Assembly: GCA_902577425.1 (NCBI GenBank)
Contig: CACGZD010000001.1
Coordinates: 638,414 to 702,413, forward strand
Direction of reading: 5' to 3'
Origin: an uncultured Alphaproteobacteria bacterium
GTDB taxonomy: Bacteria; Pseudomonadota; Alphaproteobacteria; HIMB59; GCA-002718135
Length of the DNA: 64,000 nt
The translations under genes and the position numbers were made by a program. Below the pieces are notes generated by a model. It ran no database searches, was not told where the DNA came from, and saw only the letters and a program-made list of their open reading frames with translations. This document shows positions 56,595 through 64,000 of the stretch, in pieces (within the stretch, counting starts at the first letter, position 1; the number at the start of each line of letters is the position of its first letter).

Positions 56595-58421
56595 CTATTC
56601 TAAAGAATTTTTTGTTTGACGAATATTTTTTTCTTTTTCAGGATCTATCCACCAAGTATTTGTGCCAAGAGAATATTTAGGTCTTATTTCAGGTTTATCA
56701 AATATATCCCAATATAAGGTTCTATATGAAGAAATATGCCATTGTGGAATTACATAATGCCCCCATAGTAAAACTCTGTCTAAAGCTCTTGTTGATTGAA
56801 TAAGCTCTTCTCTATTTTTAGCAGAAATAACTTTTTCAATTAATAAATCTATAACTTCATTTTCTATTCCAATGATATTTCTAGAGCCATTAGTTTTAGC
56901 AGCATCTGAACCCCAAAAATTTCTTTGTTCATTTCCTGGTGATAATGATTGAGAAAATGTACTAACAATCATATCAAAATCAAATGAATCTATTCTATTT
57001 TGATATTGAGCACTATCAATCGTTCTAACACTTACTTCAATTCCAAGTTTTTTTAAGTTGTCTACAAACGGCAGAACAATTCTTTCAAAAGCAGGAGATA
57101 CTAAAAGTATCTCAAAAACAAACTTTTTCCCTGTACTATTGTTTACTAAGTTTCCTTCTTTTAAAATCCATCCTGATTGTTTTAATAACTCAGTAGCTTT
57201 TTGTAATTCTTTTCTTATAAAACCAGATCCATCAGTTTCTGGTACTTTAAACTCAGTTTTAAACATTTGTTGAGGTAGTTGATCCATATACGAATGTAGT
57301 AAATCTAATTCTTTTCCTGACGGTAGTCCTGATGATGCTAGTTCAGAATTTTCAAAAAAACTATTAGTTCTTTTATAAGCATCATAAAATAAGTTTTTAT
57401 TAGTCCATTCAAAATCAAATGCGTATGATAATGCTTCTCTTACTTTTTTATCTTTAAAAATTTCTCTTCGCGTATTGTAAACAAAAGCTTGCATACCTTG
57501 AGGGTTTTCGTGGCTAATTAAATCTTTTTTAATTAAATTATTTTTTACAGCGGGAATTTCATAACTTGTAGCCCACTCTTTTGAAGAATTTTCTGAAAAA
57601 AAGTCTATGTCCCCTGATTTAAAAGCTTCACGCTCAATTGATCTGTCTTTATAGTATTCATATTGAATAATACCAAAATTTTCAGTACCTTTTTTTATAG
57701 GTATGTTTTTCCCCCAGTAATTATTATCTAGTTCATAAGTAATTGATCTTCCTGCATCAAAATCTTTAATTCTATATGGGCCACTACCAATTGGAATTTC
57801 TAAGGTAGTTTCTTCAAAATTTTTATTCTCCCAATAATGTTTTGGTAATACTGGTAACTGACCTACAATTAGAGCTAATTCTAAATTGGTATTTCCTTTA
57901 AAATTAAACCTAACTTTATTCTCACTTTCTTTAATTGCCTCAACTACATCTCCATAATAATATTTATAAAAAGGATGACCTTTTTCCATTAGAGTGTTGA
58001 AAGTCCAAATTACATCTTCTGGTGTAATTTTTTTTCCATCATGCCAAATTGCTTCTTCTCGAATAGTATATGCTACCCATGAACGATCTTTTGGCCATTC
58101 AATACTTTCTGCAATCAGGCCATATTCTGTAAAAGCTTCATCACTTGAACTTGTAGTTAGAGTTTCATATAAATTTCCAATTCCAGCAGCTGCAGTTCCT
58201 TTTAAAATAAAAGGGTTAAAAGAATCATAAGATCCAGTGCTACTGAAAGTTACCTTTCCACCTTTTAGGGCATTTGGATTAACATAATCAACATACTTGA
58301 AATCATTAGGATATTTTGGATTTCCATGCATAGCTATTGCATGCGAATTATTAATTTCTGCTTTAACAGATAATGTTAATAATAAGAAACAGGCAAAAAA
58401 AAGTATTTTTATAAAATTCAT
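56595..58421 (-). CDS. yejA: Peptide ABC transporter substrate-binding protein
   Basis: HAIAMHG.PKY..DF..DYVNP.A.KGG, FDSFNPFILKG, GSGPY and SLSPGNEQR..WGS motifs. Confidence 0.9.
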   Translation of the reverse strand: MNFIKILFFACFLLLTLSVKAEINNSHAIAMHGNPKYPNDFKYVDYVNPNALKGGKVTFSSTGSYDSFNPFILKGTAAAGIGNLYETLTTSSSDEAFTEYGLIAESIEWPKDRSWVAYTIREEAIWHDGKKITPEDVIWTFNTLMEKGHPFYKYYYGDVVEAIKESENKVRFNFKGNTNLELALIVGQLPVLPKHYWENKNFEETTLEIPIGSGPYRIKDFDAGRSITYELDNNYWGKNIPIKKGTENFGIIQYEYYKDRSIEREAFKSGDIDFFSENSSKEWATSYEIPAVKNNLIKKDLISHENPQGMQAFVYNTRREIFKDKKVREALSYAFDFEWTNKNLFYDAYKRTNSFFENSELASSGLPSGKELDLLHSYMDQLPQQMFKTEFKVPETDGSGFIRKELQKATELLKQSGWILKEGNLVNNSTGKKFVFEILLVSPAFERIVLPFVDNLKKLGIEVSVRTIDSAQYQNRIDSFDFDMIVSTFSQSLSPGNEQRNFWGSDAAKTNGSRNIIGIENEVIDLLIEKVISAKNREELIQSTRALDRVLLWGHYVIPQWHISSYRTLYWDIFDKPEIRPKYSLGTNTWWIDPEKEKNIRQTKNSLE

Positions 58422-58452
58422 TATTTAAATATAATTAAAAAATATAAAATTG

Positions 58453-59229
58453 CTAATTATTAATGATATCAATTACTTGATTATGTAAAGATTTATTTGC
58501 AGTCGCAAGAATACTGCCATCTGAATTAATAGTTATAGGTTGACCATATTTATTAGTTACTATCCCACCAGCGCCTTCAATTACTGGAATTAATGCCATA
58601 TAATCATGCGCTTTTAATGTATCTTCTAATACTATATCTATTAATCCTGATGCAATCATTCCGTACATATAACAATCTCCCCCTAATCTATAATATTTTG
58701 TTTGTTTAATTATTTTATCACAACTTTTTTTAAAGTGATCATTTTCCAAATATAAACCAGTAGTACAAAAATAACTGTTGTTTACTAAATTAGTATTGGA
58801 TGTTTTAACTACTTCATCATTCATAGTTGTTTTTTCATTTATTATGCCAACCCATCTTTCATTATGCATTGGACAATTAATTATACCAATTATAGGTTGG
58901 TTATTATGGATAAGAGCAATTAAAGTTCCAAAATCTTTATGTCCAGCAATAAAACTTCTCGTTCCATCTATTGGGTCAATTACCCAAAGAAATTCTGAGT
59001 CAATATTTTGAGAATCAAACTCTTCCCCAAGTATTCCATGACTAGGATATTTTTTGTTTATTAACTCTCTAATTTTTAATTCAACTTCTTTATCAGCTAA
59101 AGTGACAGGACTTTTATCTTCTTTACTTTCTATATTTAGAGAAGTTCTAAAATATTTTTTTATCAACCTTTCTGATTCATCAGCAAGATGTTTGGAAAAG
59201 CTTATAAGTTCATCTAAATTTGAAAGCAC
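58453..59229 (-). CDS. hisN: Histidinol-phosphate phosphatase (inositol monophosphatase family)
   Basis: SPVTLAD, GEE, WVIDPIDGT, GGDCY.Y and D..ALIPVIEGAGG motifs. Confidence 0.8.
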   Translation of the reverse strand: MLSNLDELISFSKHLADESERLIKKYFRTSLNIESKEDKSPVTLADKEVELKIRELINKKYPSHGILGEEFDSQNIDSEFLWVIDPIDGTRSFIAGHKDFGTLIALIHNNQPIIGIINCPMHNERWVGIINEKTTMNDEVVKTSNTNLVNNSYFCTTGLYLENDHFKKSCDKIIKQTKYYRLGGDCYMYGMIASGLIDIVLEDTLKAHDYMALIPVIEGAGGIVTNKYGQPITINSDGSILATANKSLHNQVIDIINN

Positions 59230-59250
59230 GAATAATTAATAACTTATATT

Positions 59251-59796
59251 TTATGGAAGTGGTACAGGATTATCAGATTGTTCTCTCATGAATAAGATTA
59301 GATTGGCTCTATCTTCAGCTTTTTTAAGTCCAGCAAAATTCATTTTAGTACCTTTAATATAATCTTTAGGCTTATATAGAAATTTAGAAAGTTCTTCATA
59401 CCCCCATACACCTCCAAATTCTGCTAAAGCACTAGAATAAGCAAAGCCATCTACATTTGCTTTTGGCCTATTAATAATATTCCATAAATTTGGCCCCACT
59501 TTATTTTTACCATCTTTTGTATAACTATGACAAGATCCACATTTCTTATAAGTTTTTTCTCCTTTTTCTAATGAAGCACTGGCAAGTAATGTTAAGATAG
59601 ATTCTATTTCTATTTCTGAAGTATCTTTATTTTCTTCTGTTGAAGTAGATTCTGTGCTTTCAACATTATAGGCAGTTTTAGTATTTGAGTCTTTTTTTGG
59701 ATTAACTAAAAAATCTCCAATATTAGTGATTAAAAACACTATAAGAACTGCCATAATTATAGCAGCAAGAATTTTATTAACTTCAAGACCAGACAT
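59251..59796 (-). CDS. cycM: Membrane-anchored cytochrome c (CycM/c2-type)
   Basis: N-terminal TM anchor, CGSCH heme motif, VGPNL and GTKMNFAG motifs. Confidence 0.85.
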   Translation of the reverse strand: MSGLEVNKILAAIIMAVLIVFLITNIGDFLVNPKKDSNTKTAYNVESTESTSTEENKDTSEIEIESILTLLASASLEKGEKTYKKCGSCHSYTKDGKNKVGPNLWNIINRPKANVDGFAYSSALAEFGGVWGYEELSKFLYKPKDYIKGTKMNFAGLKKAEDRANLILFMREQSDNPVPLP

Positions 59797-59888
59797 GTGT
59801 AAGAACCATATATAGTTTTTTTTATAAAATGAATAGAGCTCAAATCATTCAAATAATTTTTTTAATAGTTTAATTGTCGCATAAACAT

Positions 59889-60617
59889 ATGAAAACAATA
59901 ATTATTATTCCAGCAAGAATGGCTTCACAAAGATTTCCTAATAAACCTATGGCTTTAATTGACGGAATACCAATGATTCAAAGGGTATGGGAAAAAGCAA
60001 AATTAGCCAATATTGGAGAAGTGGTCGTTGCATGTTGTGAAAAAGTAGTTTTTGATAAAATTAATTCTATTGGTGGTGCAGCAATAATGACAAACCCTGA
60101 TTTGCCTAGTGGAACTGATCGAGTTTATGAAATTATTAATAACCATCCAAATGCTAATCAATTTGAATGTATAATTAATTTACAAGGAGATATGCCTTTA
60201 GTTAATCCTAATGATATTCAAAAAGTCAGCATACCTTTAATGCAAGGTTTTGATATTGGCACCTTAGTTACCCATATATCTAAAGAAGAGGAAAAAAATA
60301 TTAATATTACTAAGGTTAAGGTAAACTGGATAAAAAGAGATAATATTGGGGAAGCAATAGATTTTTATAAAAAACCAAAAAAAGTTTTAAAAAATATTTA
60401 TCACCATATTGGAATATATAGTTTTAGAATTAATAGTTTAAAAAAGTTTATAGGTTTAAAACCGTCAGAAAATGAATTATTTCATAAGCTTGAACAATGG
60501 CGTGCACTTGATTCTAATATGACTATCGGTACAAAATATATAGATGAATCATATTTTGGTGTTGATACAGAAGAAGATTTGCTTAAAGCAGAAAATATTA
60601 TAAAGGATAAAAAATGA
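59889..60617 (+). CDS. kdsB: 3-deoxy-manno-octulosonate cytidylyltransferase
   Basis: IIPARMASQRFPNKP, SGTDR, NLQGD, HIGIY and LEQWRAL motifs; ATG 59889 preferred. Confidence 0.92.
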   Translation: MKTIIIIPARMASQRFPNKPMALIDGIPMIQRVWEKAKLANIGEVVVACCEKVVFDKINSIGGAAIMTNPDLPSGTDRVYEIINNHPNANQFECIINLQGDMPLVNPNDIQKVSIPLMQGFDIGTLVTHISKEEEKNINITKVKVNWIKRDNIGEAIDFYKKPKKVLKNIYHHIGIYSFRINSLKKFIGLKPSENELFHKLEQWRALDSNMTIGTKYIDESYFGVDTEEDLLKAENIIKDKK

Positions 60618-61456
60618 ATACAAATTTCAAATTTTCTTTTCAAGGAGTTAATGGAGCTTATAGTGAATTAGCGGGTATTGATCTTTATCCAAATTATAAT
60701 TCAATTCCATGCAAAACTTTTGAAGAAATGTTTGAAAAAGTTAGAGATCAGGAAGCTGAAATTGCTATTGTTCCTATAGAGAACTCTAGAGCTGGTAGAG
60801 TAGGTGATACACAAAGATTAATACCTGACTCAAAATTGAAAATTATCGGAGAATATTTTTTAGAAGTAAATCATTGTCTTTTAGGTGTTCCTGGTTCAAC
60901 AATGAAAGAAATAAAAAGAGTACATAGTCATGAACAAGCGATTGCTCAATGTAGAAATAATTTAATTAAACAAAACAAAGATATGATAGTAGCCGCTGAT
61001 ACTGCAGGAGCAGCTAAAATGGTTTCAGAATTAAATCAGAAAGAGGATGCAGCAATAGCTTCTGAACTTGCAGCAAAAACTTATTCTTTAGACATATTGC
61101 AAAATAATTTTCAAGACTCTGAAAAAAATGTAACTCGTTTTTTAATTATGTCTAATAATCTTAATACTCCAGATAGTAATGATGACGATTTAATGACCAC
61201 CTTAGTTTTTGAATTAAAAAGTATTCCAGCTGCTTTGTACAAAGCCCTAGGAGGACTAGCAAGTAATGGGGTAAATATGACAAAATTAGAAAGCTATATA
61301 AATCCCCAGGGTTTTGATGTTGCTCAATTTTATACTGATATTGAGGGACATCCAGAGAATCAAAAGGTTAAATTAGCTTTAGAAGAAATGAAGTATTACT
61401 GTAAGCATGTTGATATATTAGGTGTTTATAAAATGTCAAATTTTAGAAAAAAATAA
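60614..61456 (+). CDS. pheA: Prephenate dehydratase
   Basis: FQGVNGAYS, PIENSRAG, HSHEQA, DTAGAA, NVTRF and NMTKLES (ACT domain) motifs. Confidence 0.93.
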   Translation: MNTNFKFSFQGVNGAYSELAGIDLYPNYNSIPCKTFEEMFEKVRDQEAEIAIVPIENSRAGRVGDTQRLIPDSKLKIIGEYFLEVNHCLLGVPGSTMKEIKRVHSHEQAIAQCRNNLIKQNKDMIVAADTAGAAKMVSELNQKEDAAIASELAAKTYSLDILQNNFQDSEKNVTRFLIMSNNLNTPDSNDDDLMTTLVFELKSIPAALYKALGGLASNGVNMTKLESYINPQGFDVAQFYTDIEGHPENQKVKLALEEMKYYCKHVDILGVYKMSNFRKK

Positions 61457-61509
61457 TAAAATAGTTGTAACTGAGAGTAGGTCTTTTTTAGCAATAATGT
61501 TATATTGAA

Positions 61510-61605
61510 GCTGGAAGGTATTGAGGGCAAATAACTTGCTAATCCAGTCAGATCTGAAAAGAAGCAGCTGTAACAAGCTTATTTGGGTCTCTTTTGCCTT
61601 CCATT
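61510..61605 (+). ncRNA. ffs: Signal recognition particle RNA (4.5S)
   Basis: Terminal stem TGGAAGG/CCTTCCA and helix-8 motif TCAGATCT-GAAA-AGAAGCAGC (a covariant of CAGGTCC-GGAA-GGAAGCAGC); canonical position upstream of dnaX. Confidence 0.88.
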
Positions 61606-61636
61606 AAAAAATTTGCAAATGAAAGATTAATTATTA

Positions 61637-63313
61637 ATGAATAATGAATATAAGGTTTTAGCGAGAAAATACCGCCCTCAAAAATTTAACGATTTAATTG
61701 GACAAGAAGTATTAGTAAAGACTTTAACAAATTCAATATTACAAAACCGTATCGCTCATGCTTATATTTTAACAGGTGTTAGAGGCGTAGGAAAAACAAC
61801 TACTGCAAGATTAATAGCAATGAGTTTGAATTGTGAAAACCGATCTGAAAAAACCTGTGAACCTTGTGGTAAATGTAACTCATGTTTAGCAGTTCTTGAA
61901 GATAATAATCTTGATGTTCTTGAAATGGACGCTGCAAGTAAAACAGGCGTCGATGATATTCGTGAAATAATTGATAATATTAAATATAAGCCTGTTAATA
62001 GCAAATATAAAATTTTTATTATTGATGAAGTTCACATGCTATCAAAAAGTGCATTTAACGCACTTTTAAAAACTTTAGAAGAACCTCCTGAACATATAAA
62101 ATTTATATTTGCTACTACAGAAGTTAAAAAGATACCTATAACTATTATTTCTCGCTGCCAGAGGTTTGATTTATTAAGAATTCAGATAAAAGATTTAAGT
62201 GAGCAGTTATCAAAAATATCAATAGAGGAAAAAATAAAAATAGATCAAGAAGCTCTTAATTTAATTGTTCGTTCTGCTGATGGTTCTATGCGAGATGGTT
62301 TAAGCCTACTCGATCAAGCTATAGCAAATGAAAATGAAAATATAACAGCTATGTCAATTATTAAAATGTTAGGTTTAGCAAATAGAGAGGGAGTATTTGA
62401 CCTTTTAGAGTCAATTTTTAATGGAGATGCTCCACAAGCTATAAAAATCTATCATTCTATTTATGAAGCTGGCGCAGATGTTGTTATGATTTTTGATGAA
62501 ATGTTGAATATTGTTCATTTTATTACTCAGATGAAAATTGCACCTGAATTAAAAAATGAACTTTATATTCCAGAGTTAGAGAGAACAAGAGGTCAAGAAA
62601 TATCCTCCAAAATTTCAATGACATCTTTAGGTATGGTTTGGCAGGTTTTATTTAAAGGATATGAAGAATTACAATCAGGTTATCATCTATATCAACATGG
62701 AGAGATGATAATATTGAGGTTAATACATTTATATGATGGGCCAAATCCTGATGACTTAATAAAAAAATATTCTACATCTAATGTAGAAGAAAATACTGTA
62801 TTGAACAAAAAAAAAGATGAATTAAATATAGGTGAAAAAAATCAAGCAAATATAATTAAGAATATCGAACAAAAATCAACAAATATTAAGGGAATAATAT
62901 CTATTAAGTCTTACAGACATTTTGTAGAATTATTTTATAAAAATAAAGAAGCTATTTTGCATACTAATTTATACAACAATGTTAAACTAATTTCATTTAA
63001 AGAAGGAGAAATAGAAATTAATTCTAGTTCTATTTCTGATAAACACTTTAACAGAACTATAGCAAAATTAATTTCTAAGTGGACAGGAAGAATTTGGCAA
63101 GTAAGTAGCAGCACAAGCAACCTTGGTCAAAGCTTATATGAGGAAGATTTAATTCAAGAACAAAAAGAAATTGAGCAGATGAAAGATGACCCAGAAGTTA
63201 AAAAACTACTAGATTCTTTTCCAGGAATTAAAATTCACTCAATTACTAATATTAAAGAGACTATTGCAGAACAAGAAGAAAAAATTCAAACTAGTACAAA
63301 AAAGGAGAAGTAA
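61637..63313 (+). CDS. dnaX: DNA polymerase III subunits gamma/tau
   Basis: LARKYRP, GVRGVGKTT, Zn-binding Cys motif, EMDAAS, IIDEVHML and SRC motifs. Confidence 0.97.
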   Translation: MNNEYKVLARKYRPQKFNDLIGQEVLVKTLTNSILQNRIAHAYILTGVRGVGKTTTARLIAMSLNCENRSEKTCEPCGKCNSCLAVLEDNNLDVLEMDAASKTGVDDIREIIDNIKYKPVNSKYKIFIIDEVHMLSKSAFNALLKTLEEPPEHIKFIFATTEVKKIPITIISRCQRFDLLRIQIKDLSEQLSKISIEEKIKIDQEALNLIVRSADGSMRDGLSLLDQAIANENENITAMSIIKMLGLANREGVFDLLESIFNGDAPQAIKIYHSIYEAGADVVMIFDEMLNIVHFITQMKIAPELKNELYIPELERTRGQEISSKISMTSLGMVWQVLFKGYEELQSGYHLYQHGEMIILRLIHLYDGPNPDDLIKKYSTSNVEENTVLNKKKDELNIGEKNQANIIKNIEQKSTNIKGIISIKSYRHFVELFYKNKEAILHTNLYNNVKLISFKEGEIEINSSSISDKHFNRTIAKLISKWTGRIWQVSSSTSNLGQSLYEEDLIQEQKEIEQMKDDPEVKKLLDSFPGIKIHSITNIKETIAEQEEKIQTSTKKEK

Positions 63314-63636
63314 TGGTAAATATAGGAAATATGATGAAACAAGCACAGCAGCTTCAAAAAAAAATGTCTGAGGCACAAGAAAAATTAAATTCCATAGAGG
63401 TTGAGGGTGTTTCAGGAGGAGGCTTAGTAAAAGTTACAGCAACTGCAAAAGGTGAAATTAAAAAAATATTACTTGATGAATCTTTATTAAAAAAAGAAGA
63501 TAAAGAAATGACTGAAGATTTGATAGTTGCTGCTATTAATGATGCAAAACAAAAAGGTGAAGTTGCTTCACAAGAAGAAATGAAATCTTTAACTGGAGGA
63601 TTACCTTTACCACCTGGAATGAAGTTGCCTTTTTAA
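63313..63636 (+). CDS. ybaB: YbaB/EbfC nucleoid-associated protein
   Basis: MMKQAQQLQ, GVSGGGLVKV and EDLIVAAINDA motifs; between dnaX and recR. Confidence 0.93.
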   Translation: MVNIGNMMKQAQQLQKKMSEAQEKLNSIEVEGVSGGGLVKVTATAKGEIKKILLDESLLKKEDKEMTEDLIVAAINDAKQKGEVASQEEMKSLTGGLPLPPGMKLPF

Positions 63637-63643
63637 TATATTG

Positions 63644-64000
63644 ATGAATAGTTCTGAGATAGATATATTGATAAACGAAATATCAAAACTCCCTGGATTG
63701 GGAAGACGATCAGCTCAGCGTATTGCTATTTACTTATTAAAAAACAAAAGCGCTAAACTTTCACCTTTAATTAAAACACTTACTGATGCCCAAACAAACA
63801 TCGTAGATTGTCATAAATGTGGAAATATTGATATGATTGATCCTTGTAACTTATGCCAAAATAACAAAAGAGATGATAATACTATCCTAGTAGTAGAAGA
63901 TGTATCTGACCTATGGACTTTTGAAAGAACAGGTTTTTATAAAGGTAAATATCACGTATTAGGAGGATCTTTGTCAGCAATGAACGGTTTAGGTATTAAT
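63644..64000 (+). CDS. recR: Recombination mediator RecR, 3'-truncated by the window edge
   Basis: My translation: MNSSEIDILINEISKLPGLGRRSAQRIA...CHKCGNIDMIDPCNLC...VVEDVSDL..FERTG.YKGKYHVLGG. Confidence 0.95.
   Translation, partial: MNSSEIDILINEISKLPGLGRRSAQRIAIYLLKNKSAKLSPLIKTLTDAQTNIVDCHKCGNIDMIDPCNLCQNNKRDDNTILVVEDVSDLWTFERTGFYKGKYHVLGGSLSAMNGLGIN

Noticed and set aside
61541-61570. SRP RNA helix-8 variant (CT-GAAA-AG instead of CC-GGAA-GG) as a novelty
   Set aside because: The changes are compensatory and keep a GNRA loop, within normal SRP variation.
4499-63120. Short antisense or alternate-frame ORFs nested in long genes (e.g. 4499, 7315, 8296, 11752, 13983, 23142-23440, 25800-26703, 42459, 53845, 57058, 61762)
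   Set aside because: These are shadows of well-supported CDSs with no independent evidence.

Overview
This is an AT-rich, densely coded bacterial window. Its gene order is alphaproteobacterial and it most resembles a streamlined marine Pelagibacterales-like genome (inference from composition and synteny; no database search was run). Core blocks flank both sides. Left, 1-17381: NDUFA9-like gene, gltD-gltB, a hydrolase, three LPS-type glycosyltransferases, and infC-rpmI-rplT-pheS-pheT-lepA. Right, about 52400-64000: yejABEF, hisN, cytochrome c, kdsB, pheA, SRP RNA, dnaX, ybaB and partial recR. Between them lies about 35 kb of accessory DNA. Its most striking structure is two integrase-less tandem cassette arrays anchored on tRNA sequences. 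The first has two 3' halves of tRNA-Arg(ACG), the first abutting the lepA stop codon, with no 5' half in the window. The second has an intact tRNA-Ser(GGA) followed by three 72-bp 3' copies. Cassette ends carry a conserved ~22-bp site made of two 11-bp tandem units (around GGNNCACWT) at fixed distances from the tRNA sequence, so internal junctions look like complete attP sites. Cargo genes start and stop almost exactly at these sites, and two cassettes share a built-in promoter, start codon and signal-peptide-like leader. Cargo includes an EVE-wHTH-HNH restriction-like nuclease, a YdjM-like hydrolase, a D-apiose-type catabolic cluster (ApsD/ApnL-like, aldolase, ABC transporter), MORN-repeat proteins, a 12-kb HpsN/HpsO-like + SnoaL + cupin + MetE-like catabolic module, and a secreted HExxH peptidase. 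All protein assignments come from motif recognition by eye, not HMM or BLAST searches.
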